Part shown: positions 45,383 to 58,994 of the stretch, piece after piece
Layout of the letters: the number at the start of each line of letters is the position of its first letter
Numbering within the stretch: position 1 is the first letter of the stretch
Source: Strigamia acuminata
Lineage: Eukaryota
DNA length: 64,000 nucleotides
NCBI GenBank assembly: GCA_949358305.1
Contig: OX442314.1
Span: 6,138,001 to 6,202,000 of the forward strand
Reading direction: 5' to 3'
The notes under the pieces: generated by a model
Seen by the model: the letters and a program-made list of their open reading frames with translations, nothing else
Database searches by the model: none
Told to the model about the DNA's origin: nothing
Made by a program: the position numbers and the translations under genes

Positions 45383-48300
45383 TCAGGCAAAAACAGTTTT
45401 AATAAATTGGGTCACTTTTTGATTTCGAAACCAATTGTAACTGTTTAAAATGCAAATGTAAAAAGAGAGCAAAGACATTCCCAACGCTAATCCTAAAATG
45501 CTGCCAATATCACTTAATAATTGAGATATTGGATATTTTTGTTTCTCCTCTGTACTCTCTATAAAACTGTCAGCAAATTTCAATTCCAGAACTGTGTAGA
45601 AATTAAGGCTCATTTGTATTTCATGCATAGGAGCTTGGAAAAATATTTTTTTGCAAGGTGGTTTGCATTTGCATCGTTTTTGATTTGAATTATAGTTGTT
45701 TAAATATGTGGAATGCGCTGAAGAGATGTCTTCCGTCGTGTTGCAAAGTAACAAATTAGGTGCTGACATATAAGGCAATCTAAAACAGTAAGTTGTTTGA
45801 ATGTAATGTTGCCAGAATGTGTCAAAGAGAGACAACGAGTACCTGCAATCGATCATGTGATATAAATTGTTTTGAATGCAGGCATTTTGACACTCTACAT
45901 AGGCACCGTTGTTTCTTTCACATGGATTACGCTTAGTGTCTCTTCGTACAGTCTATTTCGAAAAATTTATTCATTACTATACTCTGGCATACAATAAGAG
46001 TGGCCTTTCTCCCATTGGTCCAGCCTCATTACTCCTAACTGTAGACTGTGTCATACCACCAGGAAAAGTAGTTTTATTTTTTTTAATTTTTTGATTATTA
46101 TAATGATTAAAATGATGTATTTTTATTCTATGCTGTTTATATTTCAATAATCATGTTTGTTCAGTTTATTGATTGCTTAGTCTAGAAAGCAAACAATTTT
46201 TGAATTCTTTTTCTGAGTACAATGTCTGTACATCAAGTGCAATTCTGGTGTTTGGGTCTATTTTTTAGTATCACTACACCAGTAAATTGGCTCGGCCAAT
46301 GGGAGAAAGGCCGCTCTTATAGTATGCTAGAGTATAAGTATTATTTGATTTAGGTTTGCTACCTTAAATGTTTGAAGCATTACTGAATTCACAAATCCAT
46401 ACTTCGCCATCGATGGTGCCAAAATGTTAATTTCCTCATCAGGATTGCTCAGATAAAACTGAAAGTTATTGAGTGATTATACATTCAATCTACAAATATT
46501 GTTAGAACTTTTATGGTCATATGTTAGTTTAAACCATTTCCCACAGGTTTGCTAATGGTTGTATCATACCCATAGATGCTGGTCACAAACTTTTGGATCT
46601 GGAGGGAAAAGCCATTCTAAAGTGATGATCATTTTAGCCGTTAACAGAGTTGACGTGTCTAAAAAATTAAAAAGTTTTTGATTAGGTTTAAACCTTCGTC
46701 CAGACAAGACCTCTTGTTGCGTGAAACCTTACAGTGGCAAATACCACAAGGTCCCAATTGCATGAGTACAAATACGGACAAAACCAGCACAGAGAACAGA
46801 AGAAGCTCAAGATGTACCGTACCGCCCCGTTTAAACGCCCGGGTTCAAAAAAGCGCCAGCCCCATTTTAGCGCCGGGCAGTCATCGGCGATTTACTAAAT
46901 TGGCGCCGGCCCCAAATAAGCGCCGGGCCCCCAAAAATCACCGATTTTTTGCAAAAAATCGGTGATTTTTGCGGGAAAATCACCTTTTTTTGCGAAAAAT
47001 CGGCGATTTTGCGGTTATGCGCCCGGTTCATTTAATCGCCGGGTTTCATATTGGCGCCGGGAGAAGCAGCTCAAAAAAAGAATTAAACGCCCGAGCGTTT
47101 AAACGGGGCGCTACGGTATCTTACATAAACTTAAATGAATAAATTACCTGCTTTTACATGTGAACAATGGCCAAAAGGAAGTGGATTAAGAGTTTTTGTA
47201 ACATCCATTTGCATTGCTTTATATCCAGTAATGTGCTACAAATATGAAATAATTGTAAAATAAATTCCTACAAAAGTGCTTTAGTCGTTTTACCTCACTT
47301 ATATCTTCCTTAACATTAAGATTTCTATGGATGTTCAACGAATCCCATATTTTTTTTAATGACAAATTCTTACTGAACAATTGCCAAGGCCGTATGTTAC
47401 TGCAGGATTTGTGCGGATGTTTAAGCAAATTTAATCTAGCTTTATCCAACCTCGGATTTTTTTGTTCCCCACAAAGAGTCACTGAGGGCAATTCAGTGCT
47501 GCGACGTTGCACTATACTAACGACTCTTATTACCGGTTCATCAATGTAGTAATTGAAACGAATTTGCATCAAGTATAAAGTAAATCCTGTACTAATTATT
47601 ACCAGTATTAACTTGAGCTTTGCAAAGAGTCCATTTGGTTTAATTTGCTGATTGCTAGCAATTGTTCTCCTTTTGCATATCTCGTAAAGTTTACGAATCT
47701 TCTTTACTGGTCGATTTTTAGAGATATTTGATAGAATGCAATAGACATACCAAATAATTTCGGTTATTGAAATTATGGACAAACCAAGAAACAGGCCGAG
47801 ATTGCCTCCTAAGTCTGAGAGTAAAGCAATAACATCGTACGTGTACCGTTCTTCATACACATTAATTTCTTTATGGGTTATTTCTAAAGACGTAGACATA
47901 ATTTTTCCATCATTTTCTTCCTCTCTATCAATGTACGGTTGGAAAATTAGTTTGTGACATGGACGGTGGCATAAACAATTAACAATTGGATCAGTGTTCT
48001 CAATTAATCCATTTGCCACACCGTATTGTTTGTGTGTGGTATTTGAACCTTGACAAAGTGGTAAATTTATCTTCATATCAATAAATGGAAATCTGCAAAG
48101 AAATTTAGTATCAAATTGAGTGGTGATGCGCCAGTTTGTGAGTGTTCAGACGGATACAATGTGGTCAAGGGGAGAACCATTAGGCGCTTGACGCGACACA
48201 CACTACTTGTATAAGATTTACCCAGAAATACATGAGTTCTGGTTATTGTTATAGCTTGTGACCGCTTGGCCACCCACGGATGACCAGCGTCACTGCCACC

Positions 48301-51300
48301 CGCCGTCCAATGCTCCTAAGGTCATCCCTCTTCGCAGAGTGGTATGACCCAGTATAGGAAAGAGGGAGCTGAGTGGTGTGGGGTGTGGAGGGAGAGAGAC
48401 AGAGAGAGAAGGATGCTGGGTCTCAACCGATACAGGTGTGTGAAGAAAGGTTTTGAAGCCAGCAATGGTAGTTGTGCCCTGTGCTGACCCTGCTCTCCTC
48501 CCCATTCACCACTGCAACACTCAGTAGTGTGATGATAGATCCACTACAGCCTCCATGAGCGGTTGCATGGGCCGTACAGGTGAGTACGGCAGAATGGTAT
48601 GTTTAACCGGCCACGTCATGTGTAGGGCGCGGGCTGATATTTGGTGGGGTGCAACAACGTTCAATACCTTTGTCGCCCAAATTTATTTTGTTCAATTTTT
48701 TTTTAAATTTTTTGCCAATTCCAATTCCAACTTACTGCCTGTAGTTGGTTGCAATACACAACAGGCTAGACAAAGATCTTCTAAAATCTTCACATTAACC
48801 TCACAAAAATTTTGAAATGCAATAAGGTATTGCGGATAATTAGTTCCCTGAATAACAATAATGACTTCAAATTATAATGTAGATTTTGAGAAATAAAAAA
48901 GTCGACTTGTTGGTTCAAAACTTCTTCAAGACGAAGTTTATTCTATGTAAAACACGACAATTAAAATAAAAAGGTGAAATGACTAAAAAGTCCATGCTAA
49001 AAGGTAAAGCGCATGGACAAGCAATGACGAGCTCCAAAAGGGGAGCACGAGATAATTGATGGCACATTGGCAATTAGGAGAGTTCTAGGAAGAGAGAGAA
49101 AAACGGTTCAAGGTGAATTAATCACTCCTAAAAGAACAAAATACAATTTCAAAGGAATTAAAATAAAGTGTAATCAAAATTAATAACTCATCAAAATCAA
49201 ATTATTACAACAACCAATGAACAATTAAAATCAACAATATATCAAAATTTCACATTATTATAAAAAAAACAAATAAACAATGGCAATAATAATTAAAACG
49301 TGTAAAATCGTGTCGGTTTTCACAAAAATCTCTCAAAATCTACATAAACCACCCAAAATTCTCCAAAAACCAGCAGAAACCAGCCAAAACTTTCAAAAGT
49401 GGAAGTTTGTAGCTATTGTAATTCCCCAAAGCGATGAATTTTGTAGGAAAAAAAAATAGTAACAACCTATGTTACTAATAGTTCATATTGAAAAAATTTA
49501 ATGCATCGATGATGAAGTGGGGCGCGGAAGATCGCCTTACTTAAAAATGGGTCGCAATGCTAAAAAGTTTGAGAACCCCTGGTCTAGGGGATTTAAGTGT
49601 CTTAGATGCATTTCCCTCAGCCTGCGTGTAGCGATTGAGTCTTTCTGACACCCGTGGTCGGTTTCACCTTCTCCGTCACGTCGGTGAGGCTTTACCGAGG
49701 GGCAATGTCCACCGAACGTGACCACGCTTGAACATTCAGGTCCCAGAGGGCGAGAGACTCACCACACCGATCTTGCAAGTCGGATTCGCAAACAGCATTG
49801 CACATGTGGTCGGATGCAACAGTTCGCTCTGCTGTCGGAATAACAACTTGTGGGTCCCTCCATTGACCCACACCACTTCCGAATGGTCATTTGGAGTTTT
49901 GGACCCACTGGTCATTTCCATGGTCCGCAGCTCCACCGCGCCAGACGAACGTGCAGTGCTTGGAGCTGCCGTAAGGACATTCTGGCGTGCAGGGAAGTGA
50001 TCTGCGCAGGGGCAGCCGGTCACAAGTTCCTACTAAATCCAGTTGAGACAAACAGTGGTTACCTGCAGGTCAGAGTGTTTCTTAATTTCTTTAAGAGACA
50101 TCTTTTGTAGCATTCTTTGTATTCGCTCTCACTGGTGCATGGATACTTTGAAGAATTGAGAAATACGTACTGCGAGAAAATTTAAACAGAATTAACATTT
50201 CAAGAAATTTTAACTTTTCAAATTCAAGGTTTACTTTGCTGAAACTCAAATTTATTTTTGGCTTAGTGTTGTGGTATTTATACGTCACGAAATTAAATTG
50301 TTTCTCAAAATCATTTGATGACAACACAATCTAAATTAGAAAAAAATAATTAGACACACAGACACATGGACCAAAGAAATAATTAAGTTTGGGATTTAGG
50401 ATGGGGATTTGGGGATGGTTTTGCACTTATTAACCCTCCCCACCCCAACCTAAGGTCAATTTTGACCCCAGAAAGTGTTTTTTATTTTTTTTTCTATCAA
50501 AATAAATGTATTTTTTTCTGATTTTTTTCGTATTTTGCTTTTTCGTCACTTGCAACAATAAAAAAAATATACGAACTGATAATTTTTAAAAAAAAATTTT
50601 GGGTTAATAACATCGATTTTGGGCTAATAACATAATTTTTTTGGTCCAAAATGTCATTTGTTGGTCCAAATTATCATTTTTTTGGTCCAAAATGCCAATT
50701 TTTAAATCTAAAATGTCATTTTTTGGTCTAAACTTGTTTTTTTCCGTTACGTCGCAAGGACGAATTTGTGCATGGCCGCCTGATCGGTACCGTCGGTATT
50801 ATGGCCGTGATTACGGTATACCGTACTGTGGTATTTTTGCCACTTACCCTTATCTTCAAACCCTATTTCTAATGATCTAAACACACTAAATCCAAAAACA
50901 ACAAAAAAACTACAATCAGAATCAAAATAAACATAAAATTAATGGAATGAAGTTGGACGCTCCACGCGTTCATGTGCTGCGGCGGCCATCTTTGTTGGGG
51001 TCAAAAATGACCCGGGTTGGGTGAGTAGGGATTTTTTTTTAGGTTGGGGCTGCTAGGGTTAAATTACGATTACATAGTAAGGAGAGTCAGAGCAAATTTC
51101 ATTGTCAGTTTTTTCAATATCTACGGTCAGCAATTTTCCTACGAACGATCGACTGGAATTCTTATCTGACCAATTATAAAATATTTTATTTGCCATTTAT
51201 TTTTCACTAGTGATAATAATTAATTTACGGAATTGAAATGCTAAACACATTCCTAATGGATGGTTAATTTCTGTCTGAATAACACTTTTGTCCGAATATC

Positions 51301-51861
51301 CCTATAAGAAAAGAAATTACTATACAAGTAATTAAAAACAAAATAAAATTAACAAATTGTTCCTTTTACTTTCATTTCCACGCGGACTATGTTTTTAGAC
51401 ATATTGGTCGCTTTCCAAAGTTCTTCCACATTGTAGGTTGGCTTTTTTGACAAAGTTTTCACCATGTTTGCGCATTTCAAGAATTCTTCTTTACTAGGCT
51501 TAACTTTTGGCTGAGTTTTGTTCCAAAGCTTAGCCATTTCCTTTGTGTTGCCACCACAGATCAACAAGTTGGGTAAAACTACGTCTTCCGATCTACTCGT
51601 CACATCAACCGCAGTAGGATAACTTAAGTAATGCATTGTTCTGTCGTACGTCTGATAAGTCAGCATGCACGTGCAAAATGAGAATAAAAGTAGCCAAAAG
51701 ACTTGCCTTTTGCCACAGTTAATTCCGCTATTTACGAAATCATCCAAACCAATTAAATTGCACATCGGTCGACTTGCATCATCTTTCATTAATTGACGTA
51801 TTTTCAGACGAAGTTTTCTCACTCCCCGTCCATTTCTTCTCGGAACATAATAATAGCGCAT
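45383..51861 (-). CDS. Tandem double-subunit DEG/ENaC gene C (introns expanded by repeats)
   Basis: ORFs 51349-51861 (TM1, LPNLLIC), 47219-48076 (LSDLGGNLGLFLGLS, linker, TM1', LPSVTLC), 45383-45856 (LSDIGSILGLALGMS); small intervening exons recognisable. Confidence 0.8.
45978..46336. mobile_element. MITE in an intron of gene C (related fragment at ~58180-58265)
   Basis: Inverted ends TATACTCTGGCATACAATAAGAGTGGCCTTTCTCCCATTGG / CCAATGGGAGAAAGGCCGCTCTTATAGTATGCTAGAGTATA. Confidence 0.7.
46817..47116. mobile_element. pogo/Tigger-like MITE (TA TSD, CCGTA termini)
   Basis: TA|CCGTACCGCCCCGTTTAAACGC ... GCGTTTAAACGGGGCGCTACGG|TA. Confidence 0.75.
48250..48600 (-). repeat. Dispersed repeat copy 2 (family of 17700-18270)
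   Basis: Reverse-complement matches to the GCTCATGGAGGCTG, CAGTGGTGAATGG and GGTGGCCAAGCGGTCAC blocks. Confidence 0.65.
50434..51058. mobile_element. piggyBac-type non-autonomous element in an intron of gene C
   Basis: TTAA|CCCT.....CCCCAACC ... GGTTGGGG.....AGGG|TTAA; subterminal inverted GGTCA.TTTTGACCCC. Confidence 0.75.
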
Positions 51862-52589
51862 GATTTTTGTTATTCAAATCAAACTTGTCCTTATCTAATA
51901 AGAGGTAAGTTAGAGAGCCGTTTGTTTGCTAGTGAAAAGAAAGACAACTTGTTGTTTATTTGTTGCCAAGTTAATAATCGACAAGCTTTTGTTTACTTGC
52001 AGTTTATTCCCTAGAAACATGTTAATGTTCTAAAAAAGTCATAAAATTACCAAAGGTGAATGTGTATTGATATACTGTAATGTCACATCGATGTAGAAAG
52101 CTAAAGTTACGTTCAATATAGTAAATTGACTAAACTTCCAAGGACTTATTTTGGTGTGTGTAACCTGTATTCAACTACTTTACACGTTTCTATCATTTCA
52201 TACTGATACATTGAATGAACATATTAATGTTTATAAATTATTTTTTTATTTTGTCATATCAAATTATAATCAAGAATAATAATTGAGTTATAGTATGAGA
52301 TTAAATTTCAAACATGAAAATTTAAAAAAAAAAACAATTTATGTTGATTAAATATAGAATTAATTTTTACATACGAGATTAAAAATATTTTTGTTTACAC
52401 AATTCGATAACAAAATCAAAAAACTGTTTTGTGTATCTGTCCATTCAGATTTTAGAATTAGTATATTTAAAATAAATTTAAAAAATAATAATAGGCCCAT
52501 TCAATGTTTTGTATGACTGAAAGTGGTTATACACAGGTCGCCGTGAAGGGAGAACAACAAGTAAGCTGATTCATGATTCTATAAAAGAT

Positions 52590-53450
52590 TATCAGTGATA
52601 ATCGCTTAGAATCGTAAATCATAAATAAAAATACCATGTTTATGGAGATCCGAGAATGTTATCACGGTTGTTGGGCTGCGTACGACATCGTTATTACAAC
52701 CGTTAATAAGACGTGACTTGCTACTTTCCATTGCTTTTCATAGCCATCATAATTTTCGAGCTGCCGTCTTGATTTTCGATAGGCAAAGACATTTTTCTGT
52801 GGTAGCCTCACCCAGATTGAAGAAGAAATTATTATCTACAATAAAGTTAATCATACATTAGTATTTTGGCGACAATCAACAAACTAAACATCATTTCCTA
52901 CTCACGGCTGCAAGACGCCATTATCCTCGCTATTCATTTTTATCACCAAATGGCGCTGCGTATATGAATCCACTTTTTTGTATGTTTTGGGATAGATTGG
53001 TTTTTTTAAACTCTGTTTTCGACCAAATTAAAAATAATTATTATTTAATTATTTAATTATTTAATTATATATTAATACGCAGCGACATATGGTGATGGAA
53101 ATTAATATATTTTAGGTAGAGAGGATAATGGTGTACAGTAAGTCGCAATGATGTTTAGATTGTTGATTGTCCACAAAATACTAATTTACGATTAATTTTA
53201 TTGCAGATAATGCTCCCTTCTTCAATTTGTTTGAAGTTACCACTGATAAAACATGTCTTTGTCGTATGAAAATCATGATGGCAACGAATACCAATGGAAA
53301 CAAGCAAGTCACATATTACTGTGATGTCATACGCAATCTAACGTTTGTGACACCATTCTCGGAACATCATAAACATGGTAGTTTAATTTATTACTTATTA
53401 TGACTCTACCGTAAGCTATTATCACCGACAATCTCTTAAAATCGTAAATT
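52590..53450. repeat. Diverged inverted repeat between head-to-head genes C and D (probable 5' exons/promoter)
   Basis: ~52590-52963 aligns in reverse with ~53076-53450, including a GT(A/G)AGT...TTG(C/T)AG intron-like segment on each arm; AT-rich spacer between. Confidence 0.7.
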
Positions 53451-53725
53451 AAAAGTTTTTGTTAGCTTCTTGCATTATATTTCTCTCTTGCAGATCTTTG
53501 TTAAAAACAATTTTTGAAACACAACTTCAACTTTGTGAATCAATGGGATTTTATGTCAATATTCTTGCAGTTTGGATAATTTTATGAGTTTTCTATGCAG
53601 TAGTGCGTTGCTTGGGAACAAATATTATGGGAGCAAACAAAAAAGCTTGTCGGTTATGAATTTAGCGACAAAACATACGTCAAGCTACTCCTCTCCACAA
53701 AGCTGAGGCATTTTTAACCTAAAAA

Positions 53726-56700
53726 ATGATGCGCAATACTTACGTGATGAGGAAAAATGGTCGAGGATTGAGAAAACTTCGCTTGAAAATTCATCAATTT
53801 ATGAAAGACGACGCAAATCGGCCAAGATGCAATTTAATTGGTTTGGATGATTTTGTAAATAATAGAATTAGTTGGCGCAATTGCCACGTATTTTGGCTGC
53901 TTTTATTCTCATGTTGCACGTGCATGCTCACTTATCAGACGTACAATAGAGTAATGCATTACTTAAGTTATCCTAAAGCGGTCGATGTAACCAGTCAATC
54001 AGATGATGTCATTTCACCAAACTTGATGATCTGTAGTAGCAATACAGTCGAAATGGCCCGGCTTTGGAATAAAACTTATCAGACCTTTAAAGATCCTAGA
54101 GACCGAATGTTGAAATGCGTAAACATGGTGAAAACTTTGGTGAATATCTCTACTCATGACGTGGATGAACTTTGGAAAGCGAGTAATGTGGCCAAACAGA
54201 TAGTTCGCGTAGACATGAAAGTAAAAAGAAATATTCGTAGTTGTGTTTTGAAATTATAAGTTTCTTTTCGTAGGGATTTACAAACAAAAGTTTTGTCCGT
54301 AAGGAAATTGACTCCACTTTAGGAATGTGCTCAGCGTTTCAATTTCGTAAATAAATTGTTGTTATTAATCGTGAATAGTAAGTGGCAAATAAAAATTTTA
54401 TTTGGTCAGATAAGAATTCGATTAGCTCTTTTGTCGGAAAATCACTGACAGTGGATATTGAAAAACCTGACGATCAAGTTTGCCGTATAGCTTCTTACCA
54501 TGTAAATGTTCATAACTAGAACATCATAACAAAACAAACCTAATTATTATTACTTTTTTCCTATACTTAGTTAGTGCTGTCACCCAATAATTTCGGAAAA
54601 CAAATTACGTTTATTGCTCGAACAAATCTTAAGGCTAAAACAAAATTTAGTTTGAGTTACAGCAAAGTACAGTTTGAAACTCAGAAATTTAAATTATTCC
54701 AGTGTTTATTTAATTTTACATTTCAGTACATATTTCTCAATACATCTTCGGATTTATGCTCCAGTGAAAGTGAATACAGAGAATGCCACAATAGTTGCCT
54801 GTTACGGAAATTGAAGGAAAATTTAACCTGCAGGTAAAATGTATGATTGTGCTTGTTTCTGTGACTGGTATGATCTTCGCCATGGAAGCCTGGGTTAGGT
54901 TACCATGGTTTGGGACGCATACTCACGTAATAACAGATTGTTGGTTGTTTGTCTATAATCGTTAGTCTATAGACTCCCATCACTCGGCAACCGAACCCCA
55001 GGTATGACGTGGTGGGTGAAACATCATTCTGTCGTACTTATCTGTACGACCCATTTAACTGCTCATGGAGGCTGTAATGGGCTTATCACCACAATACTGA
55101 CCGTCGCAGTGGTGAATGGGAAGGAGAGCAGTCAGCATGGAGCACAACAGCTCCTGCTGGCTCAGGACCTTCTTCACACGTAAAGCTGTCTTGGTTGAGA
55201 CCAAGCACTCTTCCTCGTGTCCTCACTCTACGGTGGTCGCTTTCCTACTCTCTTCTCTCCACACCACTCAGCTTCCTCCTTCCCTCACTGGGTCATACCA
55301 CTCCGCAAAGAAGAGATGACCTTGTCCCTTTTCCAGGTATTTTTCTCCTCCTTTTCGGTTGCGGCAATGGTACGAAAAGCTCGACGAAACGCTTCGGTCA
55401 CTCGGATTTCGGAAGATGCCTGCGTGCAACTGCGTGTACATCTATGGCACTTCGGCAGTGAAGCGGGTCAGCCTTGGGTGGCCCAGCGGTCACATCTCAT
55501 CTCCCCCCCGCGGAAAAGCAGGGACATAGGAGCCACACACAACACCCAATGAGGTTACACAGACCCAGATAATCACGACAGAGTGGAGCTGATTTCGTCC
55601 GAAGACGACAGCACCGCGTACCATATTCAAGGTGTAGCAACATTTGGGTGACGGGAATAAATATGTGATTGTGCTTGTCTCAATGAGCTTTAGAAAGTGC
55701 TGTAGAAAGTGCCCGGTCTAGCGAGGTACCTAGTCTTTAGAGTTTTTTTCTAGAACTATCAGACATTAAAACTATCAGACATTTAAAATTCACCATTTTA
55801 TGAAATTTATCGTATAATTTTAAAATTTTCAATTTAATGTCGTTTTTTGTATAATATTCAAAATTAAGTGATGATTTTGGTGTAACATTCAAAATTTGGT
55901 TTTCATGAGTCTAAAATTCAAAATTTGGATTTCTTTCTTGGCCTAAAATTCAAAATCTCAGTGCACAAGGTGGCAAAATGGCAATACTGTATATCGTATG
56001 TATTTATTTTGTCAATTTCTGCAGTTAAATTTTGGTTATTTAAGCAAAATAATAATTTATATATATATATATTTATATATGCATTTATCCTTAGTCTAAT
56101 CACATTTCATTCTGTATTTGTTTTAAGATTTCCATTTATTGATAAGAAGATAAATTTGCCACTTTGCAGAAGTTCTATTGACACTCACAAGCAATACTGT
56201 ATTGCTAATAAATTGATTCTAACCATCAATTCGGTTGCTAGTTGTTCATGTCACCGTCCGTGTCAACAACTGGTTATTCAAGCGTTCATTGATACAGAGC
56301 AAGCAGTTAATGAAAGTATCAAGTCTACATCTTTAGCGGTAACTGATGGGACAATCAATGTGTATGAAGAACGGCGCACATATGATGTTATTGCTTTACT
56401 CTCCGATTTAGGAGGCAATCTGGGCCTATTTCTTGGTCTATCTATACTTTCATTAACCGAAACACTTTGGTATTTATATTGCATTCTATTAAATTTTATC
56501 AAACGGAAACCAGTTAATAAAATTAATAAGATTCATCACATTTATGAAATGTTAAAAAGGAAAGCAATTTCTAGTAATCAGCAAATTATACCAAATGGAT
56601 TCTTTGCAAAGCTAGAGTTAATACTGGTAATAGTTAGCACAGGATTTACTTTATTTTTGTTGCAAATGCGTTTAAACCACTATATTGATGACCCTGCAAC

Positions 56701-57063
56701 TAAAGTCGTTAGTATAGTTCAACGGCAGATTATCAAATTTCCTTCTGTCACTGTTTGCGGTGAAAATTTTACGGCTGAGAGGAAAAAAGCCAGATTAAAG
56801 ACAAACGAAACCTGCAAACACAAATCGCCCTGTCAATTGTTCAATGAGAAATTGTCATTGGAAGATATATGGAATTCACTAAATGTGCATGAAACAATTA
56901 ATATCAATGATGATACAATTCGGGTAATAGTATTAAAACATTCTCGAAAATAATTATGCAGTTATTTTATACTTTTAGCAAATTACTGGATTTAAAGCAA
57001 CACTAGACATCACAAAAAATCTTATTCCACTTCCGTTTGGCCATTGTTCACAAATAAATGCAG
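53726..57063 (+). CDS. Tandem double-subunit DEG/ENaC gene D; second subunit incomplete within the window
   Basis: ORF 53726-54259 (TM1), small exons, ORF 55925-56953 (TM2-linker-TM1'-FPSVTVC), exon LPFGHCSQ ending ~57063; I could not find the remaining exons or TM2' before 64000. Confidence 0.75.
54880..55500 (+). repeat. Dispersed repeat copy 3
   Basis: Matches the blocks shared with 17700-18270 and 48250-48600. Confidence 0.65.
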
Positions 57064-57479
57064 GTACCGGTATTTTACTATTATTTTGTTTGCCCCTTTG
57101 AAATCTCATCATAACTTTAAGTTGGCTTCTCACAATTTAATCGAAAGCCCTTCTACTTGGTATTTTCCATAGTACTTTTAAGTTTTTACTAGCATGCAGT
57201 TAAAGGTGCATGTTGTAAAATCCGATTGGTCGAATGTTGCCACAACAGCAGCGCCAAGTTTGACAATTTCAAAAATAACAATTTCTCCCATTGGCCAAGC
57301 CATTTCACTTGTGTAGTGATACAAAAAATAGACCAAAACACCAGTATTGCATTCGATGTAGACATTGTAATCGATTGCCTAGGTACCGGCAAAAAATTCA
57401 AAACTGTGTTCTTTCTTGACAATGCAATCAATAAACTGAACAAACATGTGTTGTGACAGGTCGTCTCTCTCACGGCAAT

Positions 57480-58040
57480 CTGGGGATTGATCGCCCTGGG
57501 TGGGACCGGACCTTCACATAATAATGGAGACAGAGCCTCCGGATTGTTGGTTTTGGCCTTTAATCCGTTGTCTAGGGGTCGGAGTACCCATCACCCGTGC
57601 TGGTGCCAAAGGACACACCACACCTACAACCGCCCCATCACTCACAGGGTGGTTTGCCCGTGAGTGACGTGGTCAGTTGGCATAAGTCATTCTGCTGTGG
57701 TTACTTACCTAACAGCCCATGTAGCCGCTCATGGAGGCTGCAACAGGAACATCTACCTGTCACTGAGCGTCACAGTGATGAATGGCAGAAGAGCAGTCAA
57801 CTGGGACACTGCACTGCCCAGCCTGGCTGAGGGACCTCAAGAGCACACGTCCTCACCCTGTGCTGTCCAAACTCTTTCTCTGTCTCTCTCACCCTCTCTT
57901 TCCCCACACCACTCAGCTCTCTCCTTCCCCACTGGGTCAGTCTACCTCACAGGAGAGGGTGACCAGGGGCCAGAGAGCAGTGTGTGGAGTGACGTGGGTC
58001 ACCATGGGTAGCCACGGTGGCCAAACGATCACTGTGTTGA
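57480..58040 (+). repeat. Dispersed repeat copy 4
   Basis: GATTGTTGGTTTTGGCCTTTAATCCGTTGTCTAGGGGT ... GGTGGCCAAACGATCAC matches copy 1. Confidence 0.7.
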
Positions 58041-58994
58041 ATTAAAGCAGCATAAAACTGTATTTTATTAATGGAAAAACATTTTATTATAAAATACAAT
58101 TAAAATAAAACCATTACTGTATAATCATTACTTGTACATATAATAATCACAAAAATGAAAAGAAACCGAAACTAATTTTCCTGGTGGTAGTACACAGTCT
58201 CCAGTTAGGAGTAAAGAGACTCGGCCAATGGGAGAAAGGCCAACCTTATAGTGAGCTAGAGTATAAGTATTTTTGCTTCTGTCTGTCTACATTTAATTCT
58301 TGTGCACCCAAATAAGAACCTTGTAAGCATCAAAGTGTCTTCTACAAAGCTTAGGGTTATTGGTTCATTATCATTAGCAAGAATCATATGATAATTAAGT
58401 GTTAATTAAACGCTTACAATAAATATACAGAAGGCGAATTATACTCAAAACTTAGAGTCATTAGAGATCATTAGACCTGACAGCAAAAAAGGGTTTATAG
58501 GTTATGGTCTAAGAGGTCAGACATTCTCTTTGCTCATCCAATTATCCCTATTGGTTTCGTACTTCAGGTCTGTACAATTCCTAAAGTGGATATCAAAGGG
58601 TTTCATTAAATGAGCGATTAGTTGATTACTTTGATTATTTTGATTACGTAGTCGATTACTTGATGTGTCATGTGACTGGATTCAACCAATCCCGAGAATA
58701 ATCATTTCATCAAATAAGCAACTAAGCAACTAATCAATCACCCCAAACCATGATTTTCTGCTGACTTGGGCCGATTATAAGTGCTCTCTCAACTGAAACC
58801 AACATGGCGGCGCCAGACCCACTTCAACTACACAAGGTCATAATATAACAAAGTCTACTCAGTTTAGATTAAATTGAACACATGAAACGAGTTAGGTAGT
58901 TGCAATTATTATTTGTAGGAAGTTTTTTTTAAACAATTGCAGCGTATTTAGGTTACAATTTAAACAATTCCGCCTATAGGAGCAATAATCACAT

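Noticed and set aside
49580..50050. GC-richer intronic segment with short ORFs on both strands
   Set aside because: No recognisable domain or termini; probably a TE fragment but cannot be supported.
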